From NCBI GenBank assembly GCA_030728405.1, contig JANQZS010000093.1:24263-88262 (forward strand): a stretch of DNA of 64,000 bases, written 5' to 3'. Numbering within the stretch: position 1 is the stretch's first letter; every line of letters begins with the position of its first letter. This DNA is from Candidatus Nanopelagicales bacterium (GTDB lineage: Bacteria; Actinomycetota; Actinomycetes; S36-B12). Of this stretch, positions 56,020 to 64,000 are shown piece by piece. The notes under the pieces were generated by a model. The model saw only the letters and a list, made by a program, of their open reading frames with translations, searched no databases and was not told the origin of the DNA. Made by a program: the position numbers and the translations under genes.

Positions 56020-57012
56020 TCAGCCTCGCACTCCGCGAAGAAAGCCCGTACCCCACGCGCCGTGCATGGTCGCAAAGACTGCGGGTAACAAAACCGCCGA
56101 CGCCGGCCCCAACCGATGTTTGATCGCAGTATGAGCACTGGCCGCAAGATTCCCAGCGAAGTAAACAGCCGGGGCGGCAATTCCCAGCGCGGTGAGCCAG
56201 GTGGTTCCCGTCGAAATTCCCACCACCGCGAGCACAACTCCTGCTCCAACGCCGACAACGGTTACCGGTGCTGCGAGGTAACGGAGGGAAACTGTGTCGG
56301 GGTGCCTCCGCGCAACTTCGCGGCGCCAACGGCCATAGTCGTGATACTGCCGAGCAAGGGCACGCAATGTTGGCCGCGGCCGGTACGACACCCGCATCAT
56401 CGGCGTGAACCACACTTGTCCACCAGATTGCCGGATCCGATAGTTCATCTCCCAATCTTGGGCGCGCACCATGGTTTCGTCATAGCCGCCAACACGATCA
56501 AGCGCACTACGTTGAAAGCAACCCAGGTACACGGTGAGTGCCGGGCCGGCTTCGCCGCCAATATGAAACGCAGCGCCACCCACACCAAATGCGGATTTCA
56601 TCGCGGCAGCAATTGCCGACTCCGTGGGTGTGGTGCCCTCGGCATCCATGATTCCACCGACGTTGTCTGCGCCGGTACTCGCCAACGTTTCCACTCCGGT
56701 GCGCACGTAATCGGACGAGACCATCGCATGACCATCGACGCGGACAACTATGTCTGATTCCATGAAGGTGATCGCCGCGTTGAGCCCCGTCGGTGTTTTC
56801 CCACTGGGATTCTCCACCACATGCACATTCGGGTGATCGATGGAGATCTTCTCTGCAATCTCTTGTGTTGCATCACGTGATGGACCAACTGCGATCACTA
56901 TGGCTAGTGGCCCCGGATAGTCCTGTTCGAGCAGGCGCAGAATGGAATCGCGAAGGTGACGCTCCTCATTGATGACCGGCATCACCACCACTACCCGCGG
57001 AGAAGTACTCAC
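56020..57012 (-). CDS. Glycosyltransferase family 2 with C-terminal TM helices
   Basis: The GT2 core reads VVVMPVINEERHLRDSILRLLEQDYP...VRVDGH. Hydrophobic segments lie at the C-terminus. Confidence 0.8.
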   Translation of the reverse strand: MSTSPRVVVVMPVINEERHLRDSILRLLEQDYPGPLAIVIAVGPSRDATQEIAEKISIDHPNVHVVENPSGKTPTGLNAAITFMESDIVVRVDGHAMVSSDYVRTGVETLASTGADNVGGIMDAEGTTPTESAIAAAMKSAFGVGGAAFHIGGEAGPALTVYLGCFQRSALDRVGGYDETMVRAQDWEMNYRIRQSGGQVWFTPMMRVSYRPRPTLRALARQYHDYGRWRREVARRHPDTVSLRYLAAPVTVVGVGAGVVLAVVGISTGTTWLTALGIAAPAVYFAGNLAASAHTAIKHRLGPASAVLLPAVFATMHGAWGTGFLRGVRG

Positions 57013-58610
57013 TGTTCTGCAACCGGGTCATCATCTGGGCGGGCGGTTCCGAGTTCAACATGCGCCAGCAAACCTGAATAGGTAGCAACCGTCTTCGTGA
57101 GGAAGTGATCATCAAGAACCTGAGAAGTATTTTCCGTGGCTCCGTGTCGTACATAGACATAACCAAGACCGTGTGTTCGGTACACCAGCCCGCCGTGCGC
57201 AAGGACCCTATCCAACAGCGCTCGATCCACCGACTTAGGGATAGGACGCCAGCCACCAACCGATGCCAAATCGCCACGCGAAATCAAGATGGTGCCGCCA
57301 GCCACAAAGTCTGCGTATTTCTCCGCACGATACGTAGGTCGGAATACCGTGCAGTCTTGGGCCGCAAGGTGGATGTAATCCAACGCCTTGCCCACCACCT
57401 GCGCCCCGGAATACATGCGCGCAAGCACCAGATCCCAGATGTGTTCTGGCGCGTAGTAATCGTCGTCGTCCATCTTGGTGAGCAAATCACCTTCAGCGCG
57501 ATCGGTTGCTTCTTGCAAAACCTGACCCAGGTTGCGATCTGCTGGCACACCGATGATCGCCCAATGGCCGCCCCAACCCTCGAGTAATCCCCGGACATCA
57601 ACCGTGGTGGGTTCATCACCATGGACTGCGACGATCACTTGAACATACGGATAGGTCTGCTGCGTGATCATTGACAGCGCGTGCTCTAACCGCTCTGGGC
57701 GATGCGTTGCCAGAAGTACCGAGACCGTGGGCCAATCCCCCACAGCAGGTAGCGGCGAGTGGTGGCGTAGAACTTCTCTGCGTGATCGAACGGAGGCGAC
57801 CTGCCATCCAAGATGATCGTCAACAGCCGGCGGGTTCGAGGCCTCGTTGAGAATCACTACCCCAGCAGCTTGCAATTGCGCCCGCACCGTGGATGAGAGT
57901 GCATCGGCACTGGTAACCGCCGACACCTCGCGCAGTGCGCGTACATGCGTGGAATCGAGCCAGGCTGGAAGATCAAGACTCGACGCCGCAACCGTGCTAC
58001 CCACAACATCGCTGCGTCGCCCAATCGGCCGATGCACAGCCGGGTCGATGAGTACCGATCGCCCAGACCAATTCTCAGAATCAATAACGACGATTCGATT
58101 CGAGCCAATCTGAGCCGTTGATCCCACATTCCACGACGAACCAGAATCGACGAGCAACACATCAGTGCGCTGCACGTGCTCATCAACATCGGCGGAATCG
58201 GTGATGACGTCTTCAATCTCCGCAGCCAGAACTCCGTGGAAGTTCACACCCGGAGTCCAGGTCAGGCGCGCATGCGGGGTGCCGGTAGGAGTAGGCGCAA
58301 GCAACCGCAGGCACCCGGATAAAACGATGCCGGCATCTACAGCACTCGCTAGATCCACTTCAACAATCGCCCGAGGCCCGCTTGCATCAACTTGAAACTT
58401 CACGACTCCAGCCAGGCCCAAGCTTCCGAGCCAGCCCTTACTAGGAGGGGTCCAGGCTGCAACCTCAAGATCTAGATGGGTAATTGCGGCCGAACCCACT
58501 GAAGCCACCGCCAATTCCCGGAGTGCATCGAGGGAATCTGCCCGTACTTTCCATGAGGTATCGCCTCGCTGAGCCCGGATGCGGGATCCCGGCGTATTCG
58601 GAGCGGCCAC
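57009..58610 (-). CDS. Protein with an unassigned ~290-aa N-terminal domain and a C-terminal GT2 domain
   Basis: The GT2 part reads VSVLLATHRPERLEHALSMITQQTYP...TKMDDDDYY. The start is GTG and uncertain. Confidence 0.7.
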   Translation of the reverse strand: MAAPNTPGSRIRAQRGDTSWKVRADSLDALRELAVASVGSAAITHLDLEVAAWTPPSKGWLGSLGLAGVVKFQVDASGPRAIVEVDLASAVDAGIVLSGCLRLLAPTPTGTPHARLTWTPGVNFHGVLAAEIEDVITDSADVDEHVQRTDVLLVDSGSSWNVGSTAQIGSNRIVVIDSENWSGRSVLIDPAVHRPIGRRSDVVGSTVAASSLDLPAWLDSTHVRALREVSAVTSADALSSTVRAQLQAAGVVILNEASNPPAVDDHLGWQVASVRSRREVLRHHSPLPAVGDWPTVSVLLATHRPERLEHALSMITQQTYPYVQVIVAVHGDEPTTVDVRGLLEGWGGHWAIIGVPADRNLGQVLQEATDRAEGDLLTKMDDDDYYAPEHIWDLVLARMYSGAQVVGKALDYIHLAAQDCTVFRPTYRAEKYADFVAGGTILISRGDLASVGGWRPIPKSVDRALLDRVLAHGGLVYRTHGLGYVYVRHGATENTSQVLDDHFLTKTVATYSGLLAHVELGTARPDDDPVAEQ

Positions 58611-58651
58611 GCGAACACTGTAGGGGGCAGAGCTTGGCTACCCTTGGGGTT

Positions 58652-59971
58652 ATGTCCCTGCGCCTCTCAGTAATCGGTACTGGCTACCTTGGAGCCACCC
58701 ACGCTGCCTGCATGGCCGAGTTGGGCTACGAGGTAATCGGGGTCGACATTGATCCGGCCAAAGTGGAGCTCTTGAACTCTGGGCAGGTGCCGTTCTATGA
58801 GCCGGGCCTAGATGAGGTGCTGGCGAGAAACATCAAGGCCGGCCGGCTGCGCTTCACCACTTCTTTCGAAGAGGCCGGCAACGGCGCCGACGTTCACTTC
58901 ATTTGTGTCGGAACCCCGCAGCAGGCCGGTGCTCACGCCGCAGACATGCGTCAGGTTTTTGGCTCAGTCGAGGCGCTCATCCCCTTCCTCTCACCCGGTG
59001 ATCTCGTGGTGGGCAAGAGCACCGTTCCCGTGGGAACGGCTGAGACCATCGAAGGCATCTTGAAAGCTTCTGCCCCATCGGGTGTTGAAGTCGCCTGGAA
59101 CCCGGAGTTCCTCCGTGAGGGCTTTGCTGTTGAGGACACCCTGCATCCCGATCGCCTGGTGATTGGCGTGCGCAGCGCACGCAGCGAAGAGTTACTCCGC
59201 GCGGTCTATGCGCCGATCACCGCTGAGGGAGTGCCGTTCGTGGTCACGGACTTTGCCACTGCTGAGTTGGTGAAAGTTGCCGCGAACTCATTCCTCGCCA
59301 CCAAGATCTCCTTCATTAATGCGATGGCCGAGGTGTGTGAGGCGGCCGGTGCCGACGTGACTCAACTTGCAACTGCAATCGGCTACGACACCCGCATCGG
59401 CAGGAGATTCTTAGCCGCAGGGCTCGGCTTTGGTGGCGGTTGTCTGCCTAAGGACATCCGTGCATTCATGGCTCGTGCCGGTGAACTCGGCGCCGAAGAA
59501 GCGTTGACCTTCCTCCGCGAGGTGGATCAGATCAACCTGCGCCGGCGCGCACACACCGTTGATTTAGCACGGGCTCTCGTCGGCGGCAATTTGCGTGGCA
59601 AGCGCGTATGCGTATGGGGCGCAGCATTCAAACCCAATAGCGACGACGTACGCGACTCACCATCCCTCGATGTTGCCGTCGCAATCTCCAATGCAGGCGC
59701 CAATGTTGTGGTGCATGACCCCAAGGGACTCACCAACGCAGAGCGCGTCTACCCCAACCTTGCCTACGAACAAGATGTATTGAAGGCGGCCGCAGACGCC
59801 GACCTCATCGTTCTTGGCACCGAGTGGGATGAGTACCGCGAACTGGATCCCGCAATCCTCGCCAGCACCGTCAAAGGGCGCACCATCATCGATGGCCGCA
59901 ATGCTCTTGATCCCGCAGCGTGGCGGGGCGCCGGCTGGACCTACCGCGCACTCGGTCGCCCGAACGCGTAA
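58652..59971 (+). CDS. udg: UDP-glucose 6-dehydrogenase
   Basis: The Rossmann N-terminus reads LSVIGTGYLGATHAACMAELG. The catalytic Cys motif is GFGGGCLPKD. The start was chosen at MSLRLSV. Confidence 0.9.
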   Translation: MSLRLSVIGTGYLGATHAACMAELGYEVIGVDIDPAKVELLNSGQVPFYEPGLDEVLARNIKAGRLRFTTSFEEAGNGADVHFICVGTPQQAGAHAADMRQVFGSVEALIPFLSPGDLVVGKSTVPVGTAETIEGILKASAPSGVEVAWNPEFLREGFAVEDTLHPDRLVIGVRSARSEELLRAVYAPITAEGVPFVVTDFATAELVKVAANSFLATKISFINAMAEVCEAAGADVTQLATAIGYDTRIGRRFLAAGLGFGGGCLPKDIRAFMARAGELGAEEALTFLREVDQINLRRRAHTVDLARALVGGNLRGKRVCVWGAAFKPNSDDVRDSPSLDVAVAISNAGANVVVHDPKGLTNAERVYPNLAYEQDVLKAAADADLIVLGTEWDEYRELDPAILASTVKGRTIIDGRNALDPAAWRGAGWTYRALGRPNA

Positions 59972-59985
59972 GCGCCGGCGCACAG

Positions 59986-60420
59986 ATGAACCGCGAGGCT
60001 CTCTACGGCAGCGCCGAGGTGATTGATGCGGTGCTCGCCATGGAACTGTGGTTCGTGGTTGGCCTCGGGGATAACCCAGAGCGGGTGGCTCACCATGTGG
60101 CCCACGAAATGCAGGCCAAGGGCAAGAAAATCGTGCCGATCCACCCGCGCACAGAAATAGTGCACGGTGAACAAGGGTTCCGAACCATTGCCGAAGCTGC
60201 AGCCGTTCACGGCGCACCCGATGTAGTGGATTGCTTTGTGCGTTCATCTCGCGCTGGTGAATTCGCCGACCAAGCAATCAGCGCCGGAGCTAAAGCCGTG
60301 TGGTTTCAGCTCGGTGTGAGCGATGAAGCCGCTGCGCAACGCGTGCTTGATGCAGGCCTGTTAATGGTGATGGATACCTGTCCGCTGATCGAATGGCGCA
60401 GGCGCGGAGTCTCGATATAA
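59986..60420 (+). CDS. CoA-binding domain protein (YccU/YneT-like)
   Basis: FVVGLGDNPERVAHHV...VPIHPR...VVDCFVRS...GAKAVWFQLG. Confidence 0.7.
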   Translation: MNREALYGSAEVIDAVLAMELWFVVGLGDNPERVAHHVAHEMQAKGKKIVPIHPRTEIVHGEQGFRTIAEAAAVHGAPDVVDCFVRSSRAGEFADQAISAGAKAVWFQLGVSDEAAAQRVLDAGLLMVMDTCPLIEWRRRGVSI

Positions 60421-60432
60421 AAAGTGTGCGCT

Positions 60433-60924
60433 CTAGCGCAGGTTCGCACCCTTAGCTTTGGCCTGTGCGTTCAGATCGGCTTGAAAGGTTTCCATCGCAT
60501 CGGCCAGGTCTGAATCGGCGCCGCTGAGAATGCGCACGGCGAGCAGCCCGGCATTACGTGAGTTACCAATAGCAACGGTGGCAACGGGCACACCTGCTGG
60601 CATCTGCACGATGGAGAGCAACGAATCCATGCCATCGAGGGTGCCCACTGCAACGGGGACGCCGATTACCGGCAGGGGGGTGAGTGAGGCCAACATTCCG
60701 GGCAGGTGTGCGGCGCCACCAGCACCAGCGATGATCACCTGCAGTCCACGAGCACGAGCAGTGCTGCCGTACTCCACCATCTCGTGCGGCATACGGTGCG
60801 CAGAGATCACATCAAGGCTGTAAGCAAGACCGAACTCATCGAGGGCTTCGGCAGCAGCTTTCATGGTGGGCCAGTCTGAGTCGCTGCCCATGCAGATTCC
60901 GACGATAGGGGTTGAATCACTCAT
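60433..60924 (-). CDS. purE: 5-(carboxyamino)imidazole ribonucleotide mutase
   Basis: Motifs GSDSDW and AGGAAHLPG are present. The start was chosen at MSDSTPIVG, overlapping the purK stop. Confidence 0.93.
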   Translation of the reverse strand: MSDSTPIVGICMGSDSDWPTMKAAAEALDEFGLAYSLDVISAHRMPHEMVEYGSTARARGLQVIIAGAGGAAHLPGMLASLTPLPVIGVPVAVGTLDGMDSLLSIVQMPAGVPVATVAIGNSRNAGLLAVRILSGADSDLADAMETFQADLNAQAKAKGANLR

Positions 60925-62062
60925 CGATCGCTCCGGAGAAGTAGTCAGCGGCATGGTGGGCCCTTGTAAGTAAATCCTCGAGATCGCTTCCCACGGCGGT
61001 CACATGGCCGACTTTACGGCCCGGCTTCACTTCCTTGCCGTAGAGATGAACCTTTAACCCCGGATCTCGCGCATATATATGGCGATATGCCGAATAAAGA
61101 TCACCGACGTCACCACCAAGGATGTTGACCATCACGGCGTAAGGCGCCTGCATGTGCGGGCTGCCCAATGGCAAGTCCAGGATCGCCCGCAGGTGATTTT
61201 CGAACTGGCTGGTATTGGCCCCATCGATGGACCAGTGCCCGGAGTTATGCGGACGCATCGCTAATTCGTTGATGAAGAATTCGGTGCCGGTGTCAAACAT
61301 TTCAACGGCCAGCATTCCCACCACATCAAGTTCAGCGGCTATCTGCAGCGCGATCGCCTGCGCCTGCATCGCTCGGTCATCGGTAAGCCCGGGGCAGGGA
61401 GCGATCACTTCTGAACAGATGCCGTCTTTTTGCACGGTCCGCACCACGGGATAGGCAACGCTTTGCCCACTTGGTGAGCGCGCGATTTGGGCCGAGATCT
61501 CTTGCGTGAAATTGATCAGTTCCTCAGCGAGCCATACTGCGCCCGGCGCCAACGGTGATCCGAGTAACTCAACGGCTTGGACGCGGTCACGTACTACCCA
61601 CACTCCCTTGCCGTCATAGCCTCCGCGCGAGGTCTTGACGATGAATGGGTAACCGGTCTGCTCAACGAATGCGTCTGCATCTTCAGGCGTAGCGATGACC
61701 GACCAGATCGGACACGGCAAGCCAGCTGTACTGAGCCGCTCGCGCATCGCCACCTTGTCTTGGGCGAAGTGCAGCGCGTGCGGTCCCGGGCGAACGTCAA
61801 TCCCCCGGGCTAGAACTTCGTCAAGAATCGCGGTCGGCACGTGCTCGTGGTCGAACGTGACCACATCGCAGCCATCAGCAAAACCCAGTACAGCCACGGG
61901 ATCGTCGTGCCGACCAATCGCTACGTCGGCAACAACCTGCGCTGCGGACTCGTCCGGCTCAGTGGCCAAAACCCTGAAATTGATGCCTAGCGCTGCAGCC
62001 GGAGCGGCAGACATGCGGGCCAATTGGCCGCCGCCAACCATGCCGACCCGAGGAGTATGCAC
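60917..62062 (-). CDS. purK: 5-(carboxyamino)imidazole ribonucleotide synthase (ATP-grasp)
   Basis: The N-terminus reads [15 protein letters not shown]-grasp core motifs are present, and purE lies immediately downstream. Confidence 0.92.
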   Translation of the reverse strand: MHTPRVGMVGGGQLARMSAAPAAALGINFRVLATEPDESAAQVVADVAIGRHDDPVAVLGFADGCDVVTFDHEHVPTAILDEVLARGIDVRPGPHALHFAQDKVAMRERLSTAGLPCPIWSVIATPEDADAFVEQTGYPFIVKTSRGGYDGKGVWVVRDRVQAVELLGSPLAPGAVWLAEELINFTQEISAQIARSPSGQSVAYPVVRTVQKDGICSEVIAPCPGLTDDRAMQAQAIALQIAAELDVVGMLAVEMFDTGTEFFINELAMRPHNSGHWSIDGANTSQFENHLRAILDLPLGSPHMQAPYAVMVNILGGDVGDLYSAYRHIYARDPGLKVHLYGKEVKPGRKVGHVTAVGSDLEDLLTRAHHAADYFSGAIDE

Positions 62063-62139
62063 AGCCGAACTCTAGTTCCCCACAACAACAGCGGCAGAGC
62101 ACCAGCGCCCGGCCGCACCCGCTCTCTAGACTCACCTTC

Positions 62140-62670
62140 GTGCAAGAGCAGCGACCAAGCCTCGCTACACGGGCGTATCGGTCGATTCGCGATCAGTTCA
62201 CCGTGCTCTTCCGTGAAATCGCCAAGTTTGGGATCGTCGGTCTCACCGCCCTCGTCGTCGATATTGGCTTGTTCAACATCTTGCGCTTTGCTGACGGTGA
62301 GGGCCCGCTCTACGACAAGCCGATTACCGCAAAAGCGATTTCCGTGGGAGTCGCAACCATCGTGGCGTACGTCGGAAATCGTTACTGGACGTTCCGGCAC
62401 CGCGGCGGCACACACATGGGCAAAGAGTTTGCACTCTTTTTCTTCTTCAGCGCCATCGCTATGGCAATCGCGCTCATCTGTTTGTGGTTCAGCCACTACG
62501 TGCTTGGCCTGACCAGCGCCCTTGCCGACAACATCAGCGCCAACGTGATCGGCTTGGGCCTTGGCACGCTCTTTAGATTCTGGTCGTATCGCAAGTGGGT
62601 CTTCCCCGCGATTCCCGATGATCCTGCAGATCGAGAACTCGCTGAGCGCGACGCGGTCACTCCGATTTAG
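62140..62670 (+). CDS. GtrA-family membrane protein
   Basis: FGIVGLTALVVDIGLFN...VAYVGNRYWTFR, with four TM segments. Confidence 0.75.
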   Translation: MQEQRPSLATRAYRSIRDQFTVLFREIAKFGIVGLTALVVDIGLFNILRFADGEGPLYDKPITAKAISVGVATIVAYVGNRYWTFRHRGGTHMGKEFALFFFFSAIAMAIALICLWFSHYVLGLTSALADNISANVIGLGLGTLFRFWSYRKWVFPAIPDDPADRELAERDAVTPI

Positions 62671-62708
62671 AAGCGCCGATTTAGTTGCGCGCTTTCATAC
62701 TCGCTGGT

Positions 62709-63245
62709 TCAGGTTCCATCAGTGGGCAATACAGGCGTTGTTGCACCGCCCCCAGAAGATCGACGGCGAACATCGTCCTCTTCTTGCAGCCGGTACACAT
62801 CGCGCTGAATGTCTTCAACGTTTGGCACATCTTCGATGAACAGACTGCCCTCGGTGTTTGCCGACTCAATCTGCAATTCGCCGAAGTTGAACATCCGACC
62901 CAGCATGCTCTGATTGAACGAGACGTTGTTCACTTTCGCCAATGGCACATCGCGACCCTGTTTGGTGATCAGACCGCGGCGCAAGATGATGCGTCGATCA
63001 GTGAACACGTATTGAGTGGTTAACCAACGAAGGAAAGGAAGGATTACCCAGAGCACGGCAAAAACAAGGCCGGCACCCAAGACGATCCAACGCACGATCG
63101 AGTTATCCGTAAAGAAATACAGCCAGGTTCCACCGAAGGCGATCAGGATCAGCACTATGACCGGTGCGATGAGCGCGCGCCAATGCGGCTTGAGCTCGTA
63201 CTTGATGGTCTCGCCCGGTGATAGCAAGCGCGTGGGGTATCTCAT
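62709..63245 (-). CDS. Bacterial PH-domain (bPH_2 / YdbS-like) membrane protein
   Basis: LSPGETIKYELKPHWRAL is followed by two TM helices, then YVFTDRRIILRRG. Confidence 0.7.
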   Translation of the reverse strand: MRYPTRLLSPGETIKYELKPHWRALIAPVIVLILIAFGGTWLYFFTDNSIVRWIVLGAGLVFAVLWVILPFLRWLTTQYVFTDRRIILRRGLITKQGRDVPLAKVNNVSFNQSMLGRMFNFGELQIESANTEGSLFIEDVPNVEDIQRDVYRLQEEDDVRRRSSGGGATTPVLPTDGT

Positions 63246-64000
63246 GGCGTGATCGTGGCATGAATGACGTCGCCAGCGGTGATGGATAGCACTTTTCCCT
63301 CAGGTGTGTTGATAATCAGGGCTCCATCCGGTGCGATCTCTGCAGCCAGTCCAGCCACGGTCTCACCATCGGGCAACCGGGCGCTCACCTGGCGCCCGAT
63401 GGACGCGCACGACCTCAAGTAATCGACCTCGAGCAGCGGATCGCCCGAGCGCCACTGGCTCACCCGCGCATCGAGATGTCCAAGAACGGCTGCGAGCAGC
63501 GCCTCCCGGTCAGTGCGCCCACCAACTACCAACAGCGAACTGGCTTCAGGAGTGGGCAATTCTTCATCCGTGATCGACACGTTGATCCCGACACCCACGC
63601 TGAAGGCATCAACATCGGAAAGCCATTCTGAGAGCACACCACCGAGTTTGCGTAAAGTCCCTTGACCCTCCCGAGGGTTGAGCACCAAGTCGTTGGGCCA
63701 CTTCAATGCGACATCAATCCCCGACTGCTCAGCAATCGCATCACGAGCGGCTAATCCAGCAGCGAGTGGCAACCACGTCCACCGCGCTGGGTCGACATCG
63801 CTGTTTCGAATAACCACAGACATCCAGAGTCCACCGAACTCCGGGCTCACCCACGCACGATCGAGTCGACCTCGCCCAGCGGTCTGCTCTTCTGCCACAA
63901 CACAACTCATCGACGCAGCACCCGCGCGTGCAAGGTCAGCTGCATCGGAATTGGTCGTCGTCGTACTTGGTTTTATCACCGGAAATGGGCCGCTCCAGTG
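63242..64000 (-). CDS. birA: Biotin--[acetyl-CoA-carboxylase] ligase. The N-terminus probably lies beyond the right edge of the window.
   Basis: The motif AEEQTAGRGRLDRAW is present. The reading frame stays open to position 64000, upstream of the listed GTG at 63979. Confidence 0.85.
   Translation of the reverse strand, partial: HWSGPFPVIKPSTTTTNSDAADLARAGAASMSCVVAEEQTAGRGRLDRAWVSPEFGGLWMSVVIRNSDVDPARWTWLPLAAGLAARDAIAEQSGIDVALKWPNDLVLNPREGQGTLRKLGGVLSEWLSDVDAFSVGVGINVSITDEELPTPEASSLLVVGGRTDREALLAAVLGHLDARVSQWRSGDPLLEVDYLRSCASIGRQVSARLPDGETVAGLAAEIAPDGALIINTPEGKVLSITAGDVIHATITP

Noticed and set aside
1-64000. A check of the whole window for CRISPR arrays, tRNA/rRNA genes, transposases, integrases, toxin-antitoxin pairs and known defence-system genes
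   Set aside because: No spaced direct repeats were seen, and no cloverleaf-like sequences in the short intergenic gaps. No ORF carries transposase, integrase or nuclease/ATPase defence signatures. All intergenic regions are under 260 bp.

Overview
This is a chromosomal segment from a high-GC Gram-positive bacterium. It looks like Actinomycetota, probably a Micrococcales-like lineage; that call is an inference from protein signatures and gene order. No rRNA, tRNA, CRISPR array, transposase or prophage gene was recognised. About 52 tightly packed CDSs are present, many joined by 4-nt ATGA/GTGA overlaps.

Most of the window is conserved actinobacterial core. Its order parallels the M. tuberculosis Rv3233c-Rv3279c region:
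- a UvrD-like helicase fragment, MoeZ, and a giant NAD-glutamate dehydrogenase
- a WS/DGAT plus patatin pair, SecA, ComF, and LpqB-MtrB-MtrA
- AhcY, ManA, Trm112, ManB, DUF3499, DUF5719, a giant GT2 and WhiB
- FbiA/FbiB, ManC, a multidomain peptidoglycan hydrolase, and LCP ligase
- PurE/PurK, GtrA and BirA

Between the LCP/WbbL-like genes and purE sits a roughly 15 kb variable cell-wall glycopolymer island (about 44.4-58.6 kb). It encodes:
- five glycosyltransferases, a TagF-like phosphotransferase and a cytidylyltransferase
- two tandem CDP-alcohol phosphotransferases and a sulfotransferase-fold protein
- a TagG-like permease, with UDP-glucose dehydrogenase flanking the island

The most unusual observation visible in the sequence is the permease's partner. 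It is a clear TagH homolog in which the Walker A, signature, Walker B and H-loop motifs are all substituted, so it looks like a pseudo-ATPase. One of the two CDP-alcohol phosphotransferases also carries a His at the last conserved Asp of the family motif. I regard this island as the best candidate for an undescribed pathway, but I cannot show novelty without database searches.

Smaller observations:
- a 13-bp tandem repeat with a G-quadruplex-type pattern at a convergent gene junction
- an apparently inverted comF with no hpf gene next to secA
- an HQ variant of the WS/DGAT HHxxxDG motif
- several hairpins or palindromes in leader regions

All start codons are inferred by eye and are uncertain by a few codons.
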